Shown here: positions 12,301 to 24,083 of the stretch, piece after piece
How the letters are laid out: every line of letters starts with the position of its first letter
Numbering within the stretch: position 1 is the stretch's first letter
Source: Paraspadella gotoi
Taxonomy: Eukaryota > Animalia > Chaetognatha
Reading direction: 5' to 3'
DNA: 64,000 bases
Assembly (NCBI GenBank): GCA_051294375.1
Contig: JBJCIZ010000239.1
Span: forward strand, 1,692,581 to 1,756,580
The notes under the pieces: model-generated
Told to the model about the DNA's origin: nothing
What the model saw: only the letters and a program-made list of their open reading frames with translations
Databases searched by the model: none
Program-made: the position numbers and the translations under genes

Positions 12301-15300
12301 GATATGGTAAAAGGCTTGCTGCATGGTCTAGCTGATGCGTCATTTTTTATTTTATTGCAAGTCTAAACTAGTGTTAAACTTATAATAAAACTTATTAACT
12401 ACAGTTCAAGTTTATTATGCTATAGTTTAAACAGAATGATTGATTAGTTCAGAACAAATCAATCAAAACCTTCTTTCTTAAGTCAAACACAAAAAAAGGG
12501 GAAAAAATTGAGGAAAAAACTGTATGAACCTAGTTTGATTGAATCTTTAATAAAAAAGTAATAATTATGAGTAATGAAAAAAAACTGGCAGGTTTAGTCT
12601 TATGTCGTATTTTATGGAAGAATTTCCAAATACAATAGAAACATATGAAGCAAATTATGTACAATTAGCATTTAATTTGTGGTTCACTTATTTATAAAGG
12701 TTTGATATAAAAGAAAACAAGTTTTATTCAGCATTAACAATGATTTTATTAATAATAAAGGTTTCGACTCTAGCTTTTATGAGTCTTCTTCAACGGTTTG
12801 ACTCAACTGTTTCGGTTTCACAAAGATTCCCTTTCCAACAAAGAATTGAAGAAAAGATAGTGGTCAGAAATGAGGATAGGTTGAGGTGAGAATAGGGAAG
12901 GAGAGAGTGAATAAATCTGAAACTAGTAAAAGAGATAGAAGATGAGAGAAAGTAAGAGGGAAAAATCATTATATTAAGCAATATACAACAAAGATAGATT
13001 TAAATTAAGCAAACTTAATTTTAAACTAAAGAAATAAAAATAATAAAGGTAAATAAGTTAGATAATGAGATGTAAGTAAAAATGAAATAGAAAAATAAGT
13101 GGTTAGGGATGGATAAGATAAGAGTAAGGGAAAATAAGTAAAGAAAAGAGCTCAAAATTGCCAAATGTAGTGATTTTTCCCTCTCTCTCTTACCAGTTTC
13201 AAATTATTCACTCTCTCTCCTTCCCTATCCTCACCTTCTCTTGTCCTCCCATCTATCCTTTTCTTAATTCTTTGTTGGAAACTTCTTTCTCTCTCTCTCT
13301 CTCTCTCACCAACTCAATGTTTGTGAAACCAAAATCTGTTGAGTCAAACCGCTAATGAAGACTCGAAAAAGCAAGAGTCAAAATATATCCAACCTTTATT
13401 GTTGATAAAATTGTTGTTATTGCTAAAAAAATATAATGAAAAAAAACTCAAAGTTTTGACTATATTAACCTTGTATGCATTTAATAGTACCTCACCACTT
13501 TTCAAAATATTGACTATTTTATAGTTAAAAGTTAGTCATATGATTGAATTTTTATATAATCACCTGCCAGCACACCTATAACATTTCATAATACATATTA
13601 TCCAACATTTCCTACCAAATATTATTTAAAATTATGTAGCATAAAACGAGTATTGAACATTTAAAATTTAAGTCAGATAGACTGACAGAACGACAAACCT
13701 ACCCACCAACTTAGAGAATAATGATTTTAAATTGCTCCCAAGCACTCGCACCCAGCTAAAAAGTTACTGATAACTTTATCTAATACTAACATTTAATAAC
13801 TTTAAAATAAATATTTTAAATTCCATTTCTCAAGCTTCAATTTTGGCAAAAATAAGGATTGACTATTACTTGGAAGCTTTGGAGAGTTCCTTTCCGATCA
13901 AGTTTTTAGGGTTTAGACAGTTTTAATGTCTTTTAAAGACCAAAAAGAACCTATTAAAATGAGTCATGAAATTTTATATTTAAGCCATAAGAGCTCAAAA
14001 ATTTTAAAAAGTTATGAAGAATATAATTATAAATTTTAATCATTTTTTATTTCTTTTAGTTTTTAAAGTTTAATATTGTGTATTTATGATTTTATTTTCA
14101 GTAAGTACTGCTAAATATTATTTTTTTAATATTTATTCTTACAAAATTTAGGAATAACTTTTAGTAAGTATTTTATCAAAAAACTAATGATCATTTTTAT
14201 ATTTTTATATATATATATTATATTATATTATTAATAAATTTATTAAAAATAAAGGTTTAATAAAAATATAAAGTCTACATCAAAAATTATTTTCAAAATC
14301 AACAAGTATTGAATTAATCATTATTTTATAAAAAAATCCTTTAAATTAATTTCACATATAAGATTACGATCAAAGAAAAACGCAAAAGTACTCGATCACT
14401 TGGAAACTCTGGAGAGTTCCTTTCCGGTCAAGTTTTTTCAGGTTTATCAGTCCCAATGTCTTCTACAGACAAAAAGGAACCTAATAAAATGAGTCGTGAC
14501 CCTTCATCTGGTGAAATTGAAAATTTGGTGAACTCTACTCTACATTTAGCACGGTGCTCACCCCAGCTTCTCAAATCCGCGGTACCCCAAAAATTCTTCA
14601 CTCCAGATGTTCCGAGATTCATCCGTCCGCGTTGATATTACCACTTCCCAAGTGTTAAGACAAGGGTTCTCTTGTATAGCCCCTGGTGGATCATTACCAA
14701 CGGGATTTTACACAGTTCGGATGATCTCAGATGAACTGGTGTCTTTTGTCATTCTCTTTTCGATGCAAGATGCGTTAGGCCACACTCGAACACCTCTGCT
14801 TTCTCACGTACTGTTTTTATTATAAATTACAAACTGTTTCAATAAACTGTGCAAAATTTGTAAATATAAACTTCTCTAAACTTAAAATTCAAAAACTTTC
14901 AAAATTTGTAAATACAAACTCTTTTTTAACTAATAAGTTTTAGTCTTCGTCTTATAACAATCAGTTTTCGTAAAATACTTGTGTATCTCAAATTTGCTTT
15001 TATATCCAACAATGGCGCTAAAAAAAAAAACACATTTACAAGATACTTTTATAATCTGCAAAGTATTTATAATAATGAATTGAATTTGTGGTCATGTGAT
15101 CGATTTTTTAGGTGATCACGCGACTGCACCAACATGATACATATCATCGCAAAGAATGGATTATCAAGTCGCTCGCCTCTCTTGGCTTCTCCGTCTTAGT
15201 AAAGTTTTTATAGTACCTTACCTATCTAGTCTCGACTGAATATTATAAAGTTGCTCCGCGAATACGATCAAATCCTTTAAAAACCTCTCAACCCCTCAGA

Positions 15301-15392
15301 ACGGGGCCCCTCACCTTGATGCACTCCTCCACGGCGTCGGTGTCGCCGGCGGCGCAAGCTTCGTGCAGTTCCAACCCCGCGTAGTTCGCCAT
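3302..15392 (-). CDS. ANKRD66: Ankyrin repeat protein, ANKRD66-like (exons 15315-15392, 4124-4252, 3842-4013, 3302-3657)
   Basis: MANYAGLELHEACAAGDTDAVEECIK|SGIDVNTKDSDWNDRTPLHWAC...|MDNGWSPLHSAAETG...YG|DVERQICE. All introns are GT-AG and phase-consistent. Intron 1 (4253-15314) is 11 kb. Confidence 0.8.
5524..6079 (+). repeat. 5' LTR (truncated at its 3' end)
   Basis: Matches 10508 to about 11059 up to gtgttcgtaca, then diverges. Confidence 0.85.
10508..11208 (+). repeat. 3' LTR (about 700 bp, TGTAGAG...CTCTACA)
   Basis: TG...CA termini with a 7-bp terminal inverted repeat, preceded by PPT-like ggaggtgggg. Confidence 0.9.
11210..14537. mobile_element. Non-autonomous hAT-like/foldback DNA transposon with about 550-bp terminal inverted repeats
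   Basis: Termini TAGAGTT...AACTCTA. Arms about 11210-11768 and 13979-14537 are reverse complements. 8-bp direct repeat ctctacat at 11202-11209 and 14538-14545 (TSD). No transposase ORF. Confidence 0.88.
12700..13460. repeat. Internal degenerate inverted repeat (MITE-like) nested in the hAT-like element
   Basis: About 12700-12975 versus about 13165-13460 (e.g. cggtttgactcaac / gttgagtcaaaccg; ttccaacaaagaatt / aattctttgttggaa). Confidence 0.75.
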
Positions 15393-16036
15393 CGCGAATG
15401 AAGATCACAGATTGAGAGTTTATGATTTCGAGTCACGTGAAGTAAAGCGGATTCAAGTCACCGGAGAAAAACGATGTAGGTCGCCATGAGAAGGCAGGAG
15501 AGAGCGACGGGGAGATGGAGTCGGGTCCCGATCACCGACGCTTTGTGAAAGATGCCCGCGAAACCTTTTTTATATGAAAAATATCGTAAATAATAATGGA
15601 ATTTAGAAATAAATTAATTCAATAATGTTGTAAAACTTGGATCAAAAAACGAAAACGAATGTTGCTTAATAATTGACGTCGGGAGAAATCTAATCGTGAT
15701 TGAATAATATTAACTATTAGCAAGTACTATACTACAATACCTTTTTTCTCGGAAAGCAGCATCGTTTTGAGGCGAGGAACTCGTCTGAGGTAAGCGCAGG
15801 TGCAGATGACGAGCAGAGCGAAGACAAGAATCCCGTCGAATGAATAAACGTTCATCTTTACGGTGGAATGTTTAGTTCATAAACAAATTGTAGTATATTT
15901 ATTAACAAACCAATGGAAAAGCCTGGGACAGAAAATACAAAGAAACGGAGGAACGCATTAGGAAACGCAGATAAAGGAAGAAAAAAAAAAAAAACCAATC
16001 GACTCGAAGAAGCGAAGAGTAAAACGATCGATCCTC

Positions 16037-16494
16037 TCATTTCTTGGCGTGAGGATCGGGAGTCTTCAAGTTGTACTTTTGTTTCATCTTCTGAATCTCT
16101 TCTTCCTTCTTTTCCATGTCGAGCTTCTTGAAGGCCTTCGTCGATTGGTAATAGAGGACGACGAGATATCGATTGCAGACGTTGAAGCCCGAGAGATGAT
16201 CGCAGGCCTGTTTGGCGTCGAAGATGTCCTCGTAGACGACGAAGGCCGTGCCTAGTGGAGATTGGTGCATTTAAAATTATATCGACGAAAGAGCAACGCA
16301 CTCCGGTATCCCCCGCAGCCACCTTTAGTTTCCGGCGTGGTCCCCACGCGTATTTGTCGAATGGCGCCGTACTTTCCGAAGATGTCGTACATTTCCTCCG
16401 CCGTGATTTTGTAAGGTAAGTTTCTGACGTAGAGGACTCGGTTGACTTCTGGAGGGAGCCTCACTTGAGACCGCGTCTTCGCTTGCATCGCCAT
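16037..16494 (-). CDS. SF3B6: Splicing factor 3B subunit 6 (p14), 2 exons
   Basis: [40 protein letters not shown]...G|[13 protein letters not shown]...NRYLVVLYY; one GT-AG intron. Confidence 0.97.
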
Positions 16495-16817
16495 TTTTTA
16501 AAGTTTTTTTTTAAATGTATCGAATTTACTAAAATTAACAAAAAGATCTTTTTTTTTTATAAAATATATTTTTTTAGACTAGGTCATGAGTTTCTTGGAA
16601 GAGAGAAGAAATGAAATTTAAAACCCGAAATCAGGTAAAGAGAAGAAAAAATAATCAAGATGATCACAGGGAATGTTTTTTTTTTAAATAAGATATCGAG
16701 AGTCGATCGTTAACTTTAAACGTTTTTCCAACTCGGTTTTCCGGGGAATAAGAGGTTTTTAATCTCCAGTTGAATGAGTTCCGTAAAATCGATTTTATCT
16801 GTCTAACGGTCAACCCG

Positions 16818-18848
16818 TCAAAGACTCTTCATTTGAGCCATGAGTTCCTCCAAACTCTCGCCGGCGCCCTCAGCGGCGCTGGCACCCGCAATGGCACCGG
16901 CGTCCGACTCTGTAGCGTTCAAATCTACGGCGAGAGGCTCGTAGGCGCGACTCAATCCTTCAGGCAGATCCGAGTCCCGAGCGTCTGCGGCCGACTCCGC
17001 TGCTTCATCCGCCACGACCTCGATGCACCATTCGTTATCCTCGTGGACCACGGCTTCGACGGCGGCTTCGGTATCCTCATCCACGACCGGTTCCGACTTT
17101 ACCTTCTCCGCCCACTCGCTCTGTCGCCGCCGGCAGTGGGCGTCGGCGCACTGGGGGTTGGGCTTGAGGGACATGGAAGGGAAGAAGTCCTCCATGGCGT
17201 TGTAGCCGAGGTAGTGGGAGACCTTGCCGAAGCCCAGCAGCTTTTTGAGGACGTTCTGGACGAGGAATCCGGCGACGACGCCCATCGTCGTCGGGAGAGA
17301 CGCCGCGCAGACGCCTTCGCGTTTCAAAGTCTTTTCGTCGATTCCGGCGGCGACGACGAGCGGAGGAGCGCAGGCGAAGCAGGAGGTTTCGCCTTTGGAA
17401 ATGATTGGAGGATTCATCGAAGGTTGATTGGTTGATTGATTAATTAATTTCGCCTTTGGAAATGATTGGAGGATTCATCGAAGGTTGATTGGTTGATTGA
17501 TTAATTAATTTCGCCTTTGGAAATGATTGGAGGATTCATCGAAGGTTGATTGGTTGATTGATTGATTAATTTCGCCTTTGGAAATGATTGGAGGATTCAT
17601 CGAAGGTTGATTGGTTGATTGATTAATTAATTATTTATGTGGTATGGCAACGGGGAGACATGTGTGATGCCCGGGGTGTGAGGCATCTCCCGACAGCTGG
17701 CGCTCAGGGCTTTGGACCTGCAGTGTCACTGGCGTTTATGCCGACACCATCACACTTTAACCAACGTGACCGTGAGGGGATTGAACCCGGAATTCACGGT
17801 TGGTGAACGAGTACTAAGCTGTCCAAGCCAATGGGACAAGCTGAGTTTCACTAAGCTATACGGGAGGCGAATTTAGGATTCGCCACAGTGGATTATTTTA
17901 CAGCAAATTATGTCGGGCGTTTCAGGTCGCATGATTCCGTCTGCAGCTCATCAGTTAACTCTCCTCTCACATTTTTTCCCTCTCTCTCTCTCACCCGGAT
18001 TGACGAATTGAATATGGCCCGACACTGCGTTTTCGCTGACGCCCGACTCGAACCACTGCTGGCCCAACTCGTTGCAGGCCATGTTGATGGTCATCCTCGC
18101 CTCGAAGTTGTCCACGCAGCTGAGTACAAGATCGACCGGCCTTCCCCCAGCGCCGCCATTGCGCATGCGCGCGACGAAGTCGTCGTAGTTGTCGACTGTG
18201 GTGATGTCGTAATCGAAAGTCTCTATCTCCACATCCGGGTTGATTCCTTCCAGCGTCCTCCGCGCCGCGAGGACTTTGCTGAGTCCCGCCTGGTGAGGTT
18301 GGAAAAAGAGGCGGTTCATGTTGGCGAGTTCCACTCGGTCGTAGTCGAAGAGGAGGAGCTTTCCAACGCCGCAGCGCGTCAGCATCTCAGACGTGACGCT
18401 GCCGACGCCGCCCACGCCCACGATCGCCACGCTGTTTCGGCGGGAGATAATGAAGAATTGAAGGATTAATGAATTAAAGGAATAAATGAATGAATGAAAT
18501 ATAACTCAAGATGCTTAAAGAGAGAAAGAAATAAGGAAAAAGAAAGGGAGAGAGAAAAAAGAAGGGAAAGAAAGAAGGAAGAAAAAATAAAGAAAGAACA
18601 TTGAATGATCGATAATAATTGACTCACGCGAAGGTCCTAATCTTCTCGTAATCCTCTACAATCCCCATCCTCTTCAGAGCCATGAGTCGACTGTAGGGAT
18701 TATCGTCCCTCACTTCCGCGCTCATCGTCTCGATTTTGGGTCGAAGGGGCGTGGCCGCAGCTGCGCATGCGCCATCATCGCCCGACCGCAGCTCTCGTTC
18801 CAATTCGCCGATTCGTTCCTTCAACTCGGCCAAGTTTTTCGAAGGCAT
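16818..18848 (-). CDS. UBA5: UFM1-activating enzyme UBA5, 3 exons
   Basis: [23 protein letters not shown]; [22 protein letters not shown]; [14 protein letters not shown]; [11 protein letters not shown]; C-terminal [12 protein letters not shown]. Confidence 0.97.
17387..17631. repeat. 61-bp tandem repeat x4 spanning the UBA5 intron 2 acceptor
   Basis: tttcgcctttggaaatgattggaggattcatcgaaggttgattggttgattgattaattaa starting at 17387, 17448, 17509 and 17570. Confidence 0.95.
17642..17856 (-). mobile_element. Putative tRNA-derived SINE in UBA5 intron
   Basis: Minus-strand B-box-like CCGGGTTCAATCCC (about 17777-17791) with an upstream A-box-like TGGCTTGGACAG. Segment tatggcaacgg..tgtgtgatgccc..ggcatctc is shared with about 29062-29113. 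Confidence 0.5.
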
Positions 18849-19094
18849 TCTGTTTCCTTTTTTCTTCGTCTCTTAATTATACGAGTATTTTTTTTCCTTT
18901 TCAAAACAAAAAAAATATTAAAAAATACATTTTGCTTAACAAACGTAAATAAAACGTTTTAACGATCGGAAACCACCAGACTAGAAACGGAGATGACATG
19001 AGAAACACGGAAGACGAAGTGGGAACAAGAAAGCTAAACTAAAACAACACCTCAATTATTCAGCGAGGAAGTGAAATTAGGGTAAGGCAAATCT

Positions 19095-19802
19095 CTAATC
19101 TTTTTTCCCCGTTTTTTTCTTCTTCGGCGAGTCAGATTTTTGAGACGAGTCCTTCTCCGCATTCCCCGGCGGAAAAAACCCTTTACTGAGGTCATTGCCG
19201 AAAATGTCCGGCGGGGCCTCCAGCAGTTGGTCGTGCGACCACCTATTAACGTATTTGTAGAGTTCAGCGCCGGCCTTGCCGATGAGGCCGAGCAAAAAGA
19301 CGACGGCCACTTTGAGCAGGAGGCTCTCGAGAAAAGGTTTTCCATCCAGGAACAGCTCGTCGGCAAAAACTATAAGCACGCCGACGACGATGCCCGATCC
19401 GACGCCCAGCACCGGGTAGCGCCGCTCTCGCGTCGCCCGTTGTTCCTCCCGGCGCCGCGCCTTTTGTCCCAGATCGGCGAGGGCATCATTACCCGGCGTC
19501 ATCATCAACCCGGCGTCGCAGGTCTCCGCCGCTTCCTTGAACCGTTCGCAGGCTAATTCGACGTCGGCCTTGCGGACGTAACCCTTGAACCAAGTGGGGT
19601 CCAGCTGGATGGCCTTCTTGGCGTCCTCGAGGGCGAAAAAGTATTGCTGTTCCTTGAAAAAGGCCAAGGAGCGGTTGCTGTAGAGCTGAGCGTTGGACGG
19701 ATCTGTGCCAAGGGCGTGGGTGTAGTGGATGATGGCCTCCATGCGTTTTCCTTCTTTCATGCAAGCGTTTCCCTTTTCCTTCAACTCCATCGCCTTCTCC
19801 AT
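19095..19802 (-). CDS. TPR-repeat (STI1/HOP TPR1-like) protein with two C-terminal transmembrane helices, intronless
   Basis: MEKAMELKEKGN...YSNRSLAF...ALEDAKKAIQLDPTWFKGYVRK, then hydrophobic VLGVGSGIVVGVLIVFA and LLLKVAVVFLLGLIG. Confidence 0.85.
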   Translation of the reverse strand: MEKAMELKEKGNACMKEGKRMEAIIHYTHALGTDPSNAQLYSNRSLAFFKEQQYFFALEDAKKAIQLDPTWFKGYVRKADVELACERFKEAAETCDAGLMMTPGNDALADLGQKARRREEQRATRERRYPVLGVGSGIVVGVLIVFADELFLDGKPFLESLLLKVAVVFLLGLIGKAGAELYKYVNRWSHDQLLEAPPDIFGNDLSKGFFPPGNAEKDSSQKSDSPKKKKTGKKD

Positions 19803-20273
19803 TTTTTTTTTGTGGTTTTTCTCTACGCGAAATCCAACTTCGAAATGGCAATTAAAAAAAAAAAAATTAAACATTGCGTAACGACTACGTTGCTAAGAGC
19901 AAACAAAGAAGGTTAGACGTGAAACATGCAATGGGTTTTTTGAACCAACTAATCAAACAGTTATTTTAACTTATGCTAGGATTTGGTAATGATATCCATA
20001 GAATAATTTTATTGTAGCTGGTACATAGAAACTAGATAAACTTTTTTAAAAATTACGATATTTGAATGTGAAAATCGATCGATATGGTAAAACGAATCGC
20101 AAAAATACAAATACATAACCGTATATTTTAGTTATAAAAAAAGAACAAAAGAGGGGATATATAGGTAATATTAGGTATTAGTTATGTATATAAATATGCG
20201 GAATATAGGCGTAATGTCGGTTATTTCGAGGAGAAAAAAAACAAAAAAACTACAAAACTCTCCCGTCGTCCGT

Positions 20274-21686
20274 CTATGCCTTCCGCTGCGTCTTAAAGTC
20301 GACCTTGAGCGGCTTCATCTGGTTGAGCTTGAAGGGCATCCCGTTGAGCGCCTGGATGGCGAGGACGGCGGCGTCGTAGTCTGGCATCTCAACGAAGCCG
20401 AAGCCTTTGCATTGTTGCGTCTCCGGGTCGCGCATGGGGAAGACTTTGGTGACAGCGCCGAAGGGCGCGAAGAGGTCGTAAAGAGCGGCGTCGTCGGCGT
20501 CGGGGCCGAGGTTGTAGACGAAGAGCTGATGGCTGGGTTGCGCCTTGGCGTCTTCGTGGGTGAACCGGGCGCCGGCGTATGGGTGATGATAAGCGGCGCC
20601 GGGTGGAGGGTGCGGAGCTACTCCGGCGCCGCGTCCTATCGCCGATGTCGGGTTGTATCGATTGGCGCCGTACGTGGCGCGCCGCATGGGGCCTCCGCCG
20701 TTTTCTCGCTGGGTACCGGGAATTTCCTGGGCGGATCCTGGCACGCCGACGTAGTGATGGATGACCCGTTTGACCTCGCCCGTCGGGGAAGTTACCATCT
20801 CTTCGCGAGTGTAGCCGTTGGCGTCAGCGCCGAAACCCGGGGGCGTGGCCGCGGCGGCTGCCCAGGGATCGTAGTAGCCGTGAGCAGAGTGCATGTCGGG
20901 GACGAGTTCCTTTTGCTCTTTGTATTTGACGATGAGATTCTGCGTTGAACCGGGAAGTCGTGTATCGTGGAGGCCGGCGATGGCGTCTTCCGACTCTTTC
21001 CGTTTAGAAAAGTGAATGAAGGCGATGCCCTTGGAGCTGCCCGTATTCTGATCGCGCACAATCTTGCAAGTGCGGACTTCGCCGTACGCGTTGAAGTAGG
21101 ACTTGAGGGTCTCCTCGTCCATCGCCTTGGGCACGTTGGCCACGTAGAGATCCGGGTTGGAGGATTTGGGCTCATCTTTGACCTTAACCATGATGGTGCG
21201 ATCCGTTCCCGGAAAGATCGTGCCGTTGAGGTTGCGAATGGCCAATTCCGCTTCGGCTGGGTTGGAGAATAGCACAAAGGCTACTCCTCTCGATAAGCCC
21301 GTTTCTTGATGAGTTACCACCTTGCAATTGTTAACTTCCCCATACTGCTCGAACACGTTGCGAATGGATTCTTCATTCGCATCCTCCGGTAACCCAGCTA
21401 CATAGAGATTGGTCGTCTCTCGCATGTGCTTGGGCTTGGCCACGGAGACTTTGAGGGTCTTTCCCTCGCGTTGGACGCCGTTGAGGACGGAAATGGCGCG
21501 GAGGCCGTCGGTGGCGGATTTGTAGGAGACGAAGCCGTAAGCGAGAGACTCGCCCGCTTTGTTGCGCATCAGCTTGATGCTCTCCAATGGGCCGATCTTT
21601 TCGAACATGGCCTTGAAGGTGGCCTCGTCCACGCTGTGCGGCAGGTAGTTGACGATCAATTTGGAATTGTCCAGCTTGGAATCCAT
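20274..21686 (-). CDS. ELAV/Hu/Sxl-family RNA-binding protein with four RRMs, intronless
   Basis: RRM1 LIVNYLP..SLAYGFV; RRM2 NLYVAGLP..SRGVAFV; extra RRM2-like DLYVANVP..SKGIAFI; hinge; RRM3 LFVYNLGPDAD..CKGFGFVEM. Confidence 0.9.
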   Translation of the reverse strand: MDSKLDNSKLIVNYLPHSVDEATFKAMFEKIGPLESIKLMRNKAGESLAYGFVSYKSATDGLRAISVLNGVQREGKTLKVSVAKPKHMRETTNLYVAGLPEDANEESIRNVFEQYGEVNNCKVVTHQETGLSRGVAFVLFSNPAEAELAIRNLNGTIFPGTDRTIMVKVKDEPKSSNPDLYVANVPKAMDEETLKSYFNAYGEVRTCKIVRDQNTGSSKGIAFIHFSKRKESEDAIAGLHDTRLPGSTQNLIVKYKEQKELVPDMHSAHGYYDPWAAAAATPPGFGADANGYTREEMVTSPTGEVKRVIHHYVGVPGSAQEIPGTQRENGGGPMRRATYGANRYNPTSAIGRGAGVAPHPPPGAAYHHPYAGARFTHEDAKAQPSHQLFVYNLGPDADDAALYDLFAPFGAVTKVFPMRDPETQQCKGFGFVEMPDYDAAVLAIQALNGMPFKLNQMKPLKVDFKTQRKA

Positions 21687-22276
21687 GATTTTTTGTTGTT
21701 AATTTTGTTATTGTTGTTGTTGTGTGAGGGGGTTTCTCTCGATTAACTTTTTTTATATTTTTTGGTTTTTAAAGATATGATTCGATAGGATAAAAACGTT
21801 TTAATAGTGAAAAATCCAATAAGACTGAGGGTGGTACATAGATAATCGCTGAAATACGGAAGAAAATACAAAATATGGAGATTTAAAGATGGCGCAGTTC
21901 ATAGGATACGTAACAAGATGAGCGATATCATTTATCATAATGAATTACTCTATCATACAAGCGACATATGGGATACCATAACTACGAGTATACAAGATAC
22001 TAATAAAAAATCACATAGGCTCATTATTTTATACTAACGAGAAAAATAACAAGAATATGAAAGTAACGATATATTTTAGATGACGAAAAAAATAATAAAT
22101 ACAGAGAAGAGTGAAAAAAAAAACAGAAAAGATACCACGACATAATTCCTTGCTACATCGAGACTATTTTTTAAAAAAGATTTTCTTTACAAATTTTTAT
22201 CAACTTTTTTTTCTCTATCGGGTGGCGACGTAATATTTTTTTTATTTATCTTGAGGCGACGTAATATTTTTTCCCT

Positions 22277-24083
22277 TTATCTTGTGGCGACGTAATAGAT
22301 GAGAACGACGACTGTGATGAGAATGGCGCCGGCGACGGCGAAAAGGGCCAGTCTGAATTGAACAAGTTTTGTGTCAATTCAGTTTAAAAATAAATGATCA
22401 CCCTAATTGAAAATAACTAGGAAATAGCATTGCACTAATTACCTGTTTTGCAAAATTCTTTTCGTCATTCCTGACAAGAGTCGCGAAGATTTTCCGAGGT
22501 TGGAATCCATGTCGTGGACTCTGTCTCGCGACCGCTGCATAGTTTCTCTCTGCGTGTTGAGATCGTCTGAGAGAGAGAGAGAGCGATAGAAAAAGACGAA
22601 TACTATACTGTATTATAATCAGTATAAAAGAGCTAATAATTATTTTTTAGTGGGTCCCTACCCAAAATCCTGGTCCCGATCTCCTCCGTCTCGAGGGAAA
22701 CTTTGTAGCCGACCTCGAGATTCTTCCCGCTTCTCTCGAGCCGCTCCGAGTTGTCGAGGAGGCGCTGTCGCTGCTCCTCTACGGCCGAATCGTAGCCTTC
22801 GCCCTCTTCGCCTTTATGCAAGAGGGCAGGGGATTCATACATCGACAAAATAAATATTAAGTATATGAATCAATTCCAACGCACCTATCAACTGTTCCCT
22901 CGCCTTGGCGCTGAGAGCGACGCGCGACTTGCGAAAGTCTTTCTCCAGATTCGCCAAATCCTGTTGGTAACTCTTGACTCGCCCCTTGTATCTCTGACGT
23001 TCGCCGGGCGACAGGTCGTGCACCTCTAGGTCCATCTGCTCCAAAAGCTCCTTCACCTGTAAAGGACCCACAAAATTTGAATATACCGCCACACCAAAGT
23101 CATTTTCGATCTACGGATACAATAATCTAATTTGCATATTGCAGTGGTTATAAATATCGTCTACGTCAAATTGTGAATAACTAATTCGAAGTGAAATGTA
23201 AAAATCTCGGGCGATCAAATACGAATATCCTTATAGAAAAAATAATCAGTATTTGGCGATTAGTCTTCGCCACCAGATACATTGACGATGGTTTTTAAAA
23301 ACCGATAGCAATAAAGTTATAATTTTAACAATAAAAAAACTCCGAAAGAGGAAGCAGAAAATCTGAACATGTGTTAATAACTTAATACTGTTTTGGGTAT
23401 TAAATATAAAAAAAAAAAAATTAAAAAAAAACATGTTATGTCAATACTGTTATTCATGTATACATTTTAAACGTTAGTGTCCTTTGTTCTTTTTTAATTT
23501 TAATAGTTTAATTTTAACTTGTTTACCATTTTCTACTAGAAAATTTATAGTCTTTTCTACTGTTACTGTTTCTTATTTTGTAAATACTGTTTTTAATATT
23601 AATAATTATTAATAATAATAATTAATAATAAAAAAAAACAAAAAAACGGAAAGATTATTGGGTTGACAAATTAAGTGGCAGGTTAGATACTTTTAAACGG
23701 GTTAGAATTGGCTATTGGAGGGTATCTGGTATTGAGGGACCACATATATATTTTTTGTGTGGTAGTGTCTGTTATCGGTTTACATCGGTAAAAATTAAAA
23801 CACTAAATCCCCCGGTGTTCTTAATTAAAACCTGTTATATAACCGATACGAACTAAAATTTAATTTCGACTCGCCTCTAATCTCCCCCCCCCTAAATCCC
23901 TTACCCTCCAGCCATCCCGTTCCCCCAATGATCCAAACTCGCCTCGTCCATCTGCCGTTCGACGTCTGCAATCGCCGTCAACTTCTCCCCTCCCTGCAGA
24001 TCCGGGATTTTCCCAATTCGAGCCGTTAATTCGCCGGAGAGAGTCGAGTACTGCTGCTCGAAAGTTTGCATCAAAGTCCCCAT
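22277..24083 (-). CDS. VTI1A: Qb-SNARE VTI1A, 5 exons
   Basis: FEQQYSTLSGELTARI..QMDE|VKELLEQMDLEV..EQRQRLLDNSERLERS..LETEEIG..|DDLNTQRE..|LALFAVAGAILITVVVLIYYVATR* (C-terminal TM). Intron 1 is GC-AG. Confidence 0.92.

Noticed and set aside
17387-17631. Regular repeat array as a possible CRISPR
   Set aside because: No unique spacers, no cas genes and eukaryotic context; a plain tandem repeat.
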